A stretch of 64,000 bases of DNA from Treponemataceae bacterium (GCA_963677895.2 CAXXGJ010000006.1:392626-456625), one strand, 5' to 3'; positions 29,917 through 40,015 are shown, counted from the stretch's first letter. Translations and numbers: made by a program. Notes: a model not told the origin generated them from the letters alone.

Positions 29917-31911
29917 TCAGCCCTGGTTGATCCATACGCGCATTTCGTTCCTGCCTCGATTGGCCCAGGCGTAATAGGGAATCGCCTTTACCTTGATCGG
30001 CCTATAGTCGAAATCGGCTTCCCTATAGAGTTCGTCGCGCCAGCCGCCGTCACTGTCACTGCCGTCACCATTGCCGCCACCGCTGCAACTGCCGCCGCCG
30101 CGGAAAGCTTTTCCCTCGATACAGGTGACGCCGCCGAGCAGGCCCGGTTCGTAGCGGGTCTCGAAATCGGGTTCCCTGGCGAGCGTGATATCGGAGAGGA
30201 GGGGACCGTTGTCAGCTTCCTCGAGGCAGTAGACTTGGGGACCGCGCGTCAGCGCCACCTTGCCGGCGTCTTCGCGCACGAGCGGGTTGGCCCTTATGCG
30301 GCGCACGGACATCGGCAGGTTGAGCTCCACTCGGTCGCCGCGCTTCCACTCGCGGTCTATATTGAGATAGCCGTCCTCGATGACCATCGGCGCCGCGACG
30401 TTTTCGGCGCCCCCCGAAGCAAGGCGGACGATGGGGGACCTTCCGCCGCCGCACCAGCCCGGCACGCGAACCGAAAGCGTGAAGCGGACGGGCCTCTCCG
30501 GCGAAACGGCGATGGACATGCAGCCATCGCGCAGATAGTCGCCTTCCATCGTCACTTCGACAGGGACGCCGCCCATCGCGACTTTCGCGCTCGAGGCGAT
30601 GAAAAGCTGCGCCGCGAGCCGCCTTTCGTCCGCTGAATAGATATATCCGCCTAAAGAGGCTATGAGACGGGCCAGGTTGGGCGGGCAGCAGGCGCAGGGG
30701 AACCAGCCGCGCCGCGTCGCGCCCGAGTATTCGGTGTCCAGCCTCGCTTCAATTTCCTCCGGCACGGCCTCGAGAAGGTTCGTGTAGAAATAACTCTTGC
30801 CGTCCAGCGCGAGGCCGGAGAGAATCCCGTTGTAGAGGGCGCGCTCGGCCACGTCGAAATAATCGCCCTTCAGCTCGAGCCGGCTCATCCTGGCCGCCCA
30901 GAACATGAGCCCGATGGAGGCGCAGGTTTCGTTGTAGGGGGTGCCGTTCGGCAAGTCGTAATCGCGCGAAAAGCCTTCCCACCATTCCATCTGGCCGATG
31001 CCGCCCGTGACGAACATCTGCCGCCTCGTCACGTCTTTCCAAAGCGCCCCGCAAGCGTCCGCCAGCCCCTCGTCGCCGGAGAGGGCGGCCACGTCAGCCA
31101 TGCCCGAGTACATGTAGACGGCCCGCACCGCGTGGCCTACCGCCGTTTTCTGTTCGCGCACGGGCAGATGCGACTGATTGTACTCGTACATCTTAGGACC
31201 GAAGGGACCCAGGTTGCCGGGCTCCCCGCGCGCGGCCGCCTCCAGCTCGTAGAAATGCGGCTTCCTGCCGCGCTCGTCCAGAAAATATTTCGCCAGGCGA
31301 AGATAGCCCTCCTCGCCCGTGACTTCGTACAGCTTCGCGAGCGCCATCTCGATCACCTGATGGCCGGGATAGCCGTGGAGCTGGCCAGGTTCGGGGCCGA
31401 ACATCGCGTCGATATGGTCGGCGTTCCTTTTCATAATATCGAGGAAACGGCGCTTGCCGGTCGCGCGGAAGTAGGCGACGGCGGCTTCGATCAAGTGCCC
31501 CGCGATATAGAGCTCGTGGCTCTCGCGCTCGTTCGTCCAGCGTTCGCCCTTCTTCGCGAGGGTGAAATAAGTGTTGAGATAGCCGTCGGGCCACTGCGCC
31601 TCGCCTATCGTCTCGATCAGGTCGTCGGCCAGGGCTTCAAGACGCTGGTCCCGCTTCGTCGCCAGGCAGTAGGCGACGGCCTCCAGCCATTTCGCCACAT
31701 CGCTGTCCTGGAAACGCTTGCCGTAGAACTCGCCCGATTCCCTGCCCGCGGCGATCCGGAAGTTGGCGATCGCGTGGCTTTTGGCCACGCCGGGCACGCG
31801 GTCGTTCATGACCTCCCATTGATAGGGAACGATGACGTCGCGAACCAGCTCGATATACCGATTCCAGAAAGCGTCGGTGACCTTCACCGCTCCGACATCC
31901 AAAGGCTTCAT
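29917..31911 (-). CDS. GH127 beta-L-arabinofuranosidase (HypBA1-like), cytoplasmic
   Basis: FQDSDVAKWLEA, HELY.AGH, GHAVRA.Y, EGF, YNETCASIG, CACCPPN; no signal peptide. Confidence 0.92.
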   Translation of the reverse strand: MKPLDVGAVKVTDAFWNRYIELVRDVIVPYQWEVMNDRVPGVAKSHAIANFRIAAGRESGEFYGKRFQDSDVAKWLEAVAYCLATKRDQRLEALADDLIETIGEAQWPDGYLNTYFTLAKKGERWTNERESHELYIAGHLIEAAVAYFRATGKRRFLDIMKRNADHIDAMFGPEPGQLHGYPGHQVIEMALAKLYEVTGEEGYLRLAKYFLDERGRKPHFYELEAAARGEPGNLGPFGPKMYEYNQSHLPVREQKTAVGHAVRAVYMYSGMADVAALSGDEGLADACGALWKDVTRRQMFVTGGIGQMEWWEGFSRDYDLPNGTPYNETCASIGLMFWAARMSRLELKGDYFDVAERALYNGILSGLALDGKSYFYTNLLEAVPEEIEARLDTEYSGATRRGWFPCACCPPNLARLIASLGGYIYSADERRLAAQLFIASSAKVAMGGVPVEVTMEGDYLRDGCMSIAVSPERPVRFTLSVRVPGWCGGGRSPIVRLASGGAENVAAPMVIEDGYLNIDREWKRGDRVELNLPMSVRRIRANPLVREDAGKVALTRGPQVYCLEEADNGPLLSDITLAREPDFETRYEPGLLGGVTCIEGKAFRGGGSCSGGGNGDGSDSDGGWRDELYREADFDYRPIKVKAIPYYAWANRGRNEMRVWINQG

Positions 31912-31982
31912 GGGCGACCTCCGAATATATAATTACTGTGATATTCAGCTTTTACTATCTTTTTACGACAGCGAAAATCCGC

Positions 31983-32029
31983 TTGACACCGAATTTCGAT
32001 GGGGTATTATGCATCTATTGATATATCAG
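31983..32029 (+). promoter_or_regulatory. sigma-70 promoter with downstream TGATATATCA palindrome (GntR operator)
   Basis: TTGACA(31983)-16-TATTAT(32005); TGATATATCA 32019-32028. Confidence 0.7.
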
Positions 32030-32047
32030 ATTTCCCAAGGAGGCACA

Positions 32048-33259
32048 ATGACACGGTTTACAAAAATCGGCGCGATTCTGCTCATCGTCGCGCTCTCGCT
32101 CGCCGGCCAGGCGGCGTTCGCCCAGGCCAAGTATCATATCGGCGTATGCACCGAGACCGTCTCACAGGCCGAGGACGACCTCCGCGGCGCGCAGCAGCTG
32201 ATCAAGGAATATGGCGCGGTCTCCGACGGCGGCATCATCCAGCATATCACCTACCCCGATGATTTCATGTCCCAGCAGGAGACGGTCATCTCCAACCTCG
32301 TCGCCCTCGCCGATGACCCCCTCATGAAAGCCATCGTCACCTGCAACGCCCTTCCCGGCGTCTCCGAAGCCTACAAGCGCATCAGGGCGAAACGCCCGGA
32401 CATCCTCCTTCTCGCCGCCCTGCCCGCCGAGGATCCCCTCGTCATCCAGCAGGCCGCCGACGTGGCCGTCGACCTCGACTTCGTGTCCCGCGGCTACACG
32501 ATCGTCTGGGGCGCCAAGCAGATGGGCGCGAAGACCTTCGTGCACATTTCCTTCTCCCGCCATATGTCCTACGAATCCCTGGGCCGCCGCAGGGCCATCA
32601 TGGAACAGGCCTGCAAGGACCTCGGAATAAAGTACGCCTTCGAAACCGCCCCCGACCCGACCTCCGACGTCGGCATTCCCGGCGCCCAGCAGTTCATCCT
32701 CGAGAAAGTTCCCCAGTGGCTCCAGAAGTACGGCCCCAACGGCGAGAAAGTGGCCATGTTCTGCACCAACGACGCGCAGACCGAACCGCTCATCAGGCAG
32801 CTCATCGCGTCCAAGAACGGCATCTTCGTCGAGCCCGACACCGCCTCTCCCCTCATGGGATTCCCCGGCGCGCTCGGCCTGGACCTGACCGCGGAAAAAG
32901 GCGATTTCCCCGCCATCATGAAGAAGATCGAGAAAGCCGTCGCCGACAAGGGCGCTTCCGGAAGAATGGGAACCTGGGCATACAGCACCGGTTTCTCCCT
33001 GACCGCCGGCATGGGCGAGCACGCCAAGCGCGTTCTCGACGGAAAGTCCAAGATCACCAGCATGAAGGACATCTACGACGCCATCGGAAAGTACACGCCC
33101 GGAGCCAAATGGAACGGCGCTTTCTATACCGACATGAGCACCGGCGTCAGGGCCAAGAACGAGCTTCTCGTCTACATGGACACCTATGTGTTCGGCAAAG
33201 GCTATCTGGGTTCCACGGCGCAGAAGATCGCGGACAAATACTATCGGATAAAGAAATAG
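32048..33259 (+). CDS. DUF3798-family periplasmic binding protein
   Basis: signal peptide; YHIGV..TVSQ.EDDLRGA, HITYPD.FM, TFVHISF.RH, APDPTSDVG, FCTNDA. Confidence 0.85.
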   Translation: MTRFTKIGAILLIVALSLAGQAAFAQAKYHIGVCTETVSQAEDDLRGAQQLIKEYGAVSDGGIIQHITYPDDFMSQQETVISNLVALADDPLMKAIVTCNALPGVSEAYKRIRAKRPDILLLAALPAEDPLVIQQAADVAVDLDFVSRGYTIVWGAKQMGAKTFVHISFSRHMSYESLGRRRAIMEQACKDLGIKYAFETAPDPTSDVGIPGAQQFILEKVPQWLQKYGPNGEKVAMFCTNDAQTEPLIRQLIASKNGIFVEPDTASPLMGFPGALGLDLTAEKGDFPAIMKKIEKAVADKGASGRMGTWAYSTGFSLTAGMGEHAKRVLDGKSKITSMKDIYDAIGKYTPGAKWNGAFYTDMSTGVRAKNELLVYMDTYVFGKGYLGSTAQKIADKYYRIKK

Positions 33260-33296
33260 TCGCCGTCGCGATTGTTGGCCGATTTTCATGGCCATC

Positions 33297-33371
33297 CGGC
33301 CGCGATCCCGCGCGGATCCCAGGCTCCTTCCGGAGCTTCGGCTTCCGGCGGGATCGCGGCCGTTTTCTTTT
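33297..33371 (+). terminator. 15-bp GC stem with structured 36-nt loop and T-tract
   Basis: CGGCCGCGATCCCGC (33297-33311) / GCGGGATCGCGGCCG (33348-33362) followed by TTTTCTTTT. Confidence 0.7.
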
Positions 33372-33445
33372 CCCTTGCGTCGCTTCGGTTTTGCTGGCAC
33401 CATTGCATCCGACACCGAAGGACATTAACCTTGAGGAAGCTTAGT

Positions 33446-34969
33446 ATGGATAAAAACCATGGACAGAAACAGCCGCTAGCGGGAGCCGACGCGGGCGCAA
33501 ACGCGGGCGCGGGAGCCGACGCTTTCGGCATGTTCGACGCGAGCGTTTATATCGACAGGCGGGAAGCCTTGCGGACTTCGCTACTTTCGCGAGGCGTTTC
33601 CGAGGGCATTGTTCTCTTCCTGGGCAACCGCGAAAGCCCCATGAACTACGCCGACAACGCCTATCCTTTCCGTCAGGATTCCAGTTTCCTCTACTTTTTC
33701 GGCATAGCCCAACCCAGTCTCGCGGCGACCATCGACATCCAGACCGGCCGAACGACCGTTTATGGCGACGATGTTTCCATGGAGGACATCGTGTGGACGG
33801 GACAGGTGCCCGCGGTCGCGGAATTGGCCGCGCGCTCCGGCGTGCGGAATATTGCCCCTCGGGCGGCGCTGGCCGGAGCCGCGGCCCGCGCGGGCTCCGG
33901 TTCCGGTTCGCTATCCGGCTCCGGCGCGGGCCAAGGTCCCGGAGCCGCGAAGCTGCTCTTCCTTCCGCCCTACCGCGCCGACAGCCGCGCCGAACTCGCC
34001 GAGCTTCTCGGGATTTCCCTCCACGAAGTGGATTCCAGGGCATCGCTGCCGCTCATCGTGAGCGCCATAGCCCTGCGCGAGATAAAACAGGCTCCCGAGA
34101 TCGTCGAGATTGAACACGCCGTGGCGGTATCGGTGGAAATGCACCGCAGCATCATCGAATGCGCCAAACCGGGCCTGCGCGAGGCGGAATTAGCCGCCCT
34201 GGCTTCGGGGATCGCCCTCGGAAGCGGAGGCAGGCTGGCCTTTCCCACCATCGCGACGACGCGGGGAGCCGTGCTGCACAATCACGATTACTCGCGCGTC
34301 CTCCATGAGGGAGGGCTTTTTCTCGTGGACGCCGGCGCCGAGACCGTCTCGGGATACGCGGGAGACTTGAGTTCGACCTTCCCGATCTCGCCGCGCTTTT
34401 CGGAGAGGCAGCGCGCGATCTACGAAATCGTCCTCGCCGCGCAGGAAAAGGCCATTTCCCTTCTGAAGCCTGGAAGGCCTTTCATCGACGCGCATTTCGC
34501 GGCGGCGCGTGTCATCGTCGAGGGCCTGAGCGGTCTCGGCCTGATGCGGGGAGATCCCGACGAAGCCGTTCGGCAGGGCGCGCACGCGATGTTCTTCCCC
34601 TGCGGCGTCGGCCACCAGATGGGTCTCGATGTCCACGATATGGAGAATTACGGTGAAGTATGGGTCGGCTACGATGGCGCGCCCAAGAGCAAACAGTTTG
34701 GCCTCGCTTCCTTAAGGCTCGCGAAACCTCTGCGCGCCGGCATGGTGCACACGGTCGAGCCCGGCATCTATTTCATCCCCGAGCTGATCGCCCGATGGAA
34801 GGCTGAAAGGAAACTCGAGCGTTTCATCGCCTACGATCGCCTGGACGAGTGGCTCGATTTCGGCGGCATGCGCAACGAAGAGGACTGGCTCATCACCGAA
34901 GGCGGGGCGAGGCGATTGGGTCCCGAATTCGACAAAAGCGCGGAGGGAATGGAAGCGAGTCGCGGCTAA
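33446..34969 (+). CDS. Xaa-Pro aminopeptidase (aminopeptidase P, M24B)
   Basis: YPFRQDSSFLYFFG; canonical ligands DAGAE..GYAGD, GH..GLDVHD, TVEPG, RNEED. Confidence 0.92.
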   Translation: MDKNHGQKQPLAGADAGANAGAGADAFGMFDASVYIDRREALRTSLLSRGVSEGIVLFLGNRESPMNYADNAYPFRQDSSFLYFFGIAQPSLAATIDIQTGRTTVYGDDVSMEDIVWTGQVPAVAELAARSGVRNIAPRAALAGAAARAGSGSGSLSGSGAGQGPGAAKLLFLPPYRADSRAELAELLGISLHEVDSRASLPLIVSAIALREIKQAPEIVEIEHAVAVSVEMHRSIIECAKPGLREAELAALASGIALGSGGRLAFPTIATTRGAVLHNHDYSRVLHEGGLFLVDAGAETVSGYAGDLSSTFPISPRFSERQRAIYEIVLAAQEKAISLLKPGRPFIDAHFAAARVIVEGLSGLGLMRGDPDEAVRQGAHAMFFPCGVGHQMGLDVHDMENYGEVWVGYDGAPKSKQFGLASLRLAKPLRAGMVHTVEPGIYFIPELIARWKAERKLERFIAYDRLDEWLDFGGMRNEEDWLITEGGARRLGPEFDKSAEGMEASRG

Positions 34970-35049
34970 GGTAGACTTTACTTATTCAATGGAGCCGCGA
35001 AGACCTCTTGTCAAGCGTAAAATTATGGTCTAGAGTGATGAAAGATATT

Positions 35050-35061
35050 CTGATATATCAG
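35050..35061. promoter_or_regulatory. GntR operator palindrome CTGATATATCAG
   Basis: perfect 12-bp palindrome 14 nt before the gntR ATG; same core at 32019. Confidence 0.7.
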
Positions 35062-35075
35062 TTTGGGAGCGAGGG

Positions 35076-35768
35076 ATGAAAACATCCAATCAGCCGCGAT
35101 ACATGTCGCTTCGCGGTCAGGTTTACGATTACCTTCACGACGAACTCATGAAAGGTACGCTGAAGGCCAGTCAACGAGTCAATCTGGACGCTTTGGCCGA
35201 CAGCATCGGCGTGAGCCGAACCCCTCTGCGCGAAGCCTTGATCATCCTGGACGCCGAAGGCTTCGTCACGATTCTTCCGCGCAGCGGAATCCTCATCAAC
35301 ACCCTCACGCTCGAGGATATCCGGAATCTCTATGAGATTATCGGCGCCCTCGAAGGCGCCGTTCTTTTCGCGGCCAAGGGCGCCATGAAGACCCCAGCCA
35401 TCGATCGAATGGCCATACTCAACGGCGATATGTCGCTCGCCCTCGATACCGAAGACTTCGACGGTTTTTATCGCCTCAACCTCGAATTTCATGGGGTATT
35501 CCTGTCATTTTCCAAGAATCCCGCGCTTTTGCGCAGCATCGATCTCGCCAAGCGGCGTCTCTACGATTTTCCGAAGAAGAAGGGTCTCCTGACCGAATGG
35601 GAGAGGGCTTCAATCCTGGAACACGCCCGGATCGTGGATTTTCTGAAAATGGGGGACTTTCGCGCCGCGGCCGAGTATGTCCGCGACATACATTGGTCCT
35701 TCGAGGTCCAGGAGCATTTTATCCAACGATACTACGAGCTCCCCGGCCAGTTGCCTCGAGCCCAGTAA
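35076..35768 (+). CDS. GntR-family transcriptional regulator (FCD domain)
   Basis: SLRGQVY, GVSRTPLREAL, FH....SKN, EH. Confidence 0.92.
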   Translation: MKTSNQPRYMSLRGQVYDYLHDELMKGTLKASQRVNLDALADSIGVSRTPLREALIILDAEGFVTILPRSGILINTLTLEDIRNLYEIIGALEGAVLFAAKGAMKTPAIDRMAILNGDMSLALDTEDFDGFYRLNLEFHGVFLSFSKNPALLRSIDLAKRRLYDFPKKKGLLTEWERASILEHARIVDFLKMGDFRAAAEYVRDIHWSFEVQEHFIQRYYELPGQLPRAQ

Positions 35769-35778
35769 GGGAGCCTTC

Positions 35779-36738
35779 GTGTATATCCAGGGAACAGTCT
35801 TCAATGTCGCCCGCTTCTCCCTCCACGACGGGCCGGGTATACGCACGGTCGTATTCCTGAAAGGCTGTCCCCTGTCCTGCGCCTGGTGCCACAATCCCGA
35901 GGGAATGAGCGCGAGACCTGAGGTTTTCTTTCGCCCCGACAAATGCGTGGCCTGCGGACGCTGCGCGGCGGTTTGCCCGAGACTGGCGGCGGCAACGGCA
36001 GCGCCTGCCGCGACTGCTGCCGCTGCCGCTGCCGCTGCCAAGACGGCTCCCTTCCCCGACGAAGCCTGCCCCCCTGGCTGCCAGGTCTGCGCCGGCGCCT
36101 GCCTCGTGGGCGCGCGGGAGGCGGTGGGGACCATCTGGGATCTGCCGAAGCTTCTGGACCTGGTCCTGGCCGACCGCGCCTTCTATGAATCCTCCGGCGG
36201 CGGTGTGACGCTCTCGGGCGGCGAGCCTCTGACGCAGTCCCGCTTCGCCACGGCCTTTCTGGAAACCTGTGGCCGGGCCGGCCTTCACCGAGCCGTCGAA
36301 ACCTCGGGTTTCGCCCCAGAGCGGGTCTTTCTCGATCTGGCTGAGCAGGCCGATCTTCTTCTCTACGACATAAAACTGATGGATCCCGACGCGCACAAGG
36401 CATGGACCGGCGTCGACAACGCCCTGATATTGAACAACCTGAGGGCCGCCACCCAAGTGGCCGCCACAAAGGTAGCCGGCAAGGAGATTCGCATCCGCCG
36501 GCCCATGATCCCCGGCGTCAACGACGGCGTGGATGAAATGCGCGCCCTGGCCGCTCTCGCCCTCGAACTCAGGTTGGGCGTCGACTTGCTTCCCTATCAC
36601 GCCGACGCCGAAGACAAGTACCTGAAGCGGCGAAAACCGTACCGGCTCGCGGGAATGGCGGCGCCCGAAGCCTCTAGCGTCGCTGAATGCGCGAAAATTT
36701 TGTCCGGCCTGGGCGTCCAGGCGCGGATTGGAGGATGA
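35779..36738 (+). CDS. glycyl-radical enzyme activating protein (radical SAM with ferredoxin insert)
   Basis: HDGPGIRTVVFLKGCPLSCAWCHNPE, CVACGRC, GGGVTLSGGEP; GTG start after AAGGGAG. Confidence 0.93.
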   Translation: MYIQGTVFNVARFSLHDGPGIRTVVFLKGCPLSCAWCHNPEGMSARPEVFFRPDKCVACGRCAAVCPRLAAATAAPAATAAAAAAAAKTAPFPDEACPPGCQVCAGACLVGAREAVGTIWDLPKLLDLVLADRAFYESSGGGVTLSGGEPLTQSRFATAFLETCGRAGLHRAVETSGFAPERVFLDLAEQADLLLYDIKLMDPDAHKAWTGVDNALILNNLRAATQVAATKVAGKEIRIRRPMIPGVNDGVDEMRALAALALELRLGVDLLPYHADAEDKYLKRRKPYRLAGMAAPEASSVAECAKILSGLGVQARIGG

Positions 36739-36739
36739 G

Positions 36740-39160
36740 ATGAACGAGCGGATTGCGCGGCTGAGGAAGCGAAGCTTCGATGCGAAACCCCGGATTTCCA
36801 TCGAAAGGGCCTTGATCCTCACCGCCTTCTATAAGGAAAACGCCGGCAAGTTCTCGGCTCCCCTGCTGCGCGCCATGGCTTTCCGCGAGCTCTGCGAAAA
36901 GAAAACCATCTATATCGGCGCCGACGAACTCATCGTGGGCGAGCGCGGTCCAGAGCCCAAGGCCGTATCGACCTTTCCCGAACTCACCTGCCACTCCAGC
37001 GAGGACCTTCGGATCCTCAATTCCAGGCCGATGACGAGCTATTCGATAGGGGAAGCCGAGATCGAAACCTACGCCCGCGAGGTGGAGCCGTACTGGCGGG
37101 GCCGCTGCGTGCGCGACCGCGCCTTCGCCGACATGCCCGCCGAATGGAGGGGGCTCTACGAAGCCGGCGTATTCACCGAGTTCATGGAGCAGCGGGCGGC
37201 GGGACACACCGCCTTGGACGGCGCCATCTACGCCAAAGGTCTGGACGACTATCGCGCCGAGATAGCCGAGGCGCGGGCCGCCATCGACTGGAGCGGCGAT
37301 CCGGAAGCTTACGACAAGAACGAGGAGCTCACCGCCATGGATATCGCCTGCCAAGCGGCGATCATCTTCGCGCGCAGGCACGCCAGGCTCGCCGAATCCA
37401 TGGCCGCGGCCGAAACCGATCCAGCCCGCCGCAAGGAGCTGCTAGCCATCGCGGCTATCTGCAACAGGATACCGGCCAAGGCACCCGAAACCTTCCATGA
37501 AGCGGTGCAGACCTACTGGTTCACCCATCTCGGCACCATCACCGAACTCAACGGCTGGGACTCGATGAGCCCCGGCCACTTCGACCGCCATCTCGAGCCT
37601 TTCTACCGGCGAGATCTGGCCGCCGGCAGGATCGACGCCGAAAGGGCGAAGGAGATCCTCGCCTGCTTCTGCGTCAAGGTGAACAATACGCCCGCCCCGC
37701 CCAAGGTGGGCGTGACGGCGGCCGAGAGCGGCACCTACAACGACTTCACGCAGATCAGCCTGGGTGGCGTGGACCGCGACGGCGAAGACGCTTCCGGCGC
37801 CGTGTCGGCGCTGCTCCTCCAGAGCCTCGACGAACTCCACCTCCTCCAGCCCCAGCCTTCCGTCCACGTGTCGACGAAGACGGCCCAGCCCTTCCTGAAG
37901 TTAGCCGCCGAGGTGGCGCGGAAGGGGGCCGGCTACCCCAGCTTCTTCAACGCCGACCTCATCGTCCGCGAACAGCTGCGCGCAGGAAAATCCCTCGAGG
38001 ACGCCCGGGAGGGCGGCACCTCGGGCTGCGTCGAGACGGGCTGTTTCGGCAAGGAAGCCTACATCCTCCACGGCTACCTCAACGTGCCCAAGATCCTCGA
38101 ACTGGCGATGAACGACGGCGTCGATCCCTTGAGCGAAAAGCGCGTCGGGCCGGCCACCGGCCGCGCCGAATCCTTCGGCGATTTCGAGGCCCTCTACGCC
38201 GCCTTCGAGACCCAGCTGCGCTACGCTGTGGACTGGAAGATCCGCGTGGACAACAAGCTCGCCCGGATCTACGCCGAGAACGTGCCCGCGCCCTATCTCT
38301 CCGTCCTTATCGCCGACTGTGTCAGGAACGGCCGCGACTACTACTCGGGCGGCGCGCGCTACAACACGGACTATATCCAGTGCTGCGGTATCGGAACGAT
38401 CGCGGACAGCCTCTCGGCGATCAGGATGATGGTGTATCGTGATCCCTCGCACCGCGAGGGATCACGCGGCGAGGGCGCGCCTGATATAGGAGCGCGCGGC
38501 AAAGGAAGCATCTCCATGAAGGAGCTGATGGCCGCCCTCGCCGCCGACTGGCAGGGCTATGAAGCGCTGCGCGAGACGATATGGAACAGCGTTCCTTTTT
38601 ATGGAAACGACGACGACAGGGCTGACGATCTGATGAGGCGCGTATTCGCCTCGGAGCTGGCGGCGATCGAGGGCAAGTCGAGCACGCGCGGCCCCACCTA
38701 TCGCGTGAACATGCTCTCCACCACCTGCCATATCTACTTCGGGACCAAGCTGGGAGCCACGCCCAACGGCCGCCGCGCCCATACGCCTGAATCAGACGGC
38801 TCATCTCCCTCGCAGGGGGCGGACAGGAAGGGTCCCACGGCGGTGATGAAATCGGTGGCCAAGATGGATCAGGTGAGGACGAGCGGAACCCTTCTGAACC
38901 AGCGTTTCCTGCCCTCGACGCTTGCCGGTAATCGCGGCGTCGACGCCCTGGCGGGCCTCGTGCGGGGCTACTTCGCCCTCGACGGCCACCACGTGCAGTT
39001 CAATGTCGTCGACACGGCCACACTCAGGAAGGCGCAGGCTCACCCGGGTGAGTATCGCAACCTTCTCGTGCGCGTGGCCGGCTACAGCGACTATTTCGTC
39101 GATCTCGACCTGCGCCACCAGGAGGAGATCATCGCGCGCACGGCGCAGGAAGGGATCTGA
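36740..39160 (+). CDS. hypD: trans-4-hydroxy-L-proline dehydratase (glycyl radical enzyme)
   Basis: HypD-specific segments FTEFMEQRA.GHT, TELN.WD, PAPPKVG...ES.TY.DF, GGTSGCVETGCFGKEAY, ML.TTCHIYFG, RVAGYS. Confidence 0.88.
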   Translation: MNERIARLRKRSFDAKPRISIERALILTAFYKENAGKFSAPLLRAMAFRELCEKKTIYIGADELIVGERGPEPKAVSTFPELTCHSSEDLRILNSRPMTSYSIGEAEIETYAREVEPYWRGRCVRDRAFADMPAEWRGLYEAGVFTEFMEQRAAGHTALDGAIYAKGLDDYRAEIAEARAAIDWSGDPEAYDKNEELTAMDIACQAAIIFARRHARLAESMAAAETDPARRKELLAIAAICNRIPAKAPETFHEAVQTYWFTHLGTITELNGWDSMSPGHFDRHLEPFYRRDLAAGRIDAERAKEILACFCVKVNNTPAPPKVGVTAAESGTYNDFTQISLGGVDRDGEDASGAVSALLLQSLDELHLLQPQPSVHVSTKTAQPFLKLAAEVARKGAGYPSFFNADLIVREQLRAGKSLEDAREGGTSGCVETGCFGKEAYILHGYLNVPKILELAMNDGVDPLSEKRVGPATGRAESFGDFEALYAAFETQLRYAVDWKIRVDNKLARIYAENVPAPYLSVLIADCVRNGRDYYSGGARYNTDYIQCCGIGTIADSLSAIRMMVYRDPSHREGSRGEGAPDIGARGKGSISMKELMAALAADWQGYEALRETIWNSVPFYGNDDDRADDLMRRVFASELAAIEGKSSTRGPTYRVNMLSTTCHIYFGTKLGATPNGRRAHTPESDGSSPSQGADRKGPTAVMKSVAKMDQVRTSGTLLNQRFLPSTLAGNRGVDALAGLVRGYFALDGHHVQFNVVDTATLRKAQAHPGEYRNLLVRVAGYSDYFVDLDLRHQEEIIARTAQEGI

Positions 39161-39226
39161 ACATCGGGGAAAGACTAGCCTTTTTGGATGCCTCCGAAAT
39201 ATAGCGATTCCGGAACTTCTCCAAGG

Positions 39227-39937
39227 TCAGGGTTTTTGGCCGTAATAGGCGCCCGCGCCGTGTTTGCGCCGCCAGTGCTTTTCAATGATATAGTCAGGCA
39301 GTTCTCCCTGCGCGGGGTTGATGACGCGCGTGTAGAGCGCCATCCTGCAGAGCTCCTCGAGGATGACCGCGTTGTGGAGCGCCTTGTCAGCCGAATCCCC
39401 CCAGGTGAAAGGACCATGTCCCGCCACGAGAATCATCGCCGTTTCCGCGGGATCTAGCCTAAGTTCGGCCATCGTCGTCACGATCAGCTTCCCCGTTTCC
39501 AGCTCATAGTCGCCTCGCACCGCTTGCCTGGAAAGATAGGCCGTGCAGGGAATCCGCGACGTCGTCTGGTCGGCGTGGGTCGTTCCCAAGAGAGGTAGGG
39601 GCGAGCAAGCCTGGGCCCAGCCCGTGGCATAGGGGGAGTGCGTGTGTACGACGCCTTTCAGCGCGGGCCAGGCGCGATAGAGGGCCGCGTGCGTCGCGGT
39701 GTCCGACGAAGGACGCATCTCCCCTTCCACTACCTTGCCCTCAAAATCGACGATCACCATCGACGCAGCGCTGAGCGCTTCGTAGGCTACCCCCGAGGGT
39801 TTTATGGCGAATACGCCAGCGTCTGGATCGGCCGCCGAAGCGTTGCCCCAGGTCAGGATGGCGAGACCGCGTTCCGAAATCCCCATATTGGCTTTATAGG
39901 CTTCCTCGGCGAGGCCGGCATACTTCGATTTTGGCAT
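39227..39937 (-). CDS. araD: L-ribulose-5-phosphate 4-epimerase
   Basis: TWGNAS, IKPSG, PSSDT, HTHS, GTTHAD, HGPFTWG, KH..AYYGQ. Confidence 0.93.
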   Translation of the reverse strand: MPKSKYAGLAEEAYKANMGISERGLAILTWGNASAADPDAGVFAIKPSGVAYEALSAASMVIVDFEGKVVEGEMRPSSDTATHAALYRAWPALKGVVHTHSPYATGWAQACSPLPLLGTTHADQTTSRIPCTAYLSRQAVRGDYELETGKLIVTTMAELRLDPAETAMILVAGHGPFTWGDSADKALHNAVILEELCRMALYTRVINPAQGELPDYIIEKHWRRKHGAGAYYGQKP

Positions 39938-39970
39938 GACATTCCTTTGTATTAGGGCAAAATTTGACGC

Positions 39971-40015
39971 GTGAACGTTCACATCGATTGTAAATGGCGC
40001 CTTTTCGGCTGTCAA
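39971..40015 (-). promoter_or_regulatory. araD promoter TTGACA-17-TACAAT with LacI operator GTGAACGTTCAC
   Basis: TGTCAA 40010-40015, ATTGTA 39987-39992, perfect palindrome 39971-39982. Confidence 0.8.

Noticed and set aside
36740..39160. pyruvate formate-lyase or choline TMA-lyase
   Set aside because: Single-Cys SGCVE loop and HypD-specific motifs; lacks the PFL Cys-Cys pair; no microcompartment genes
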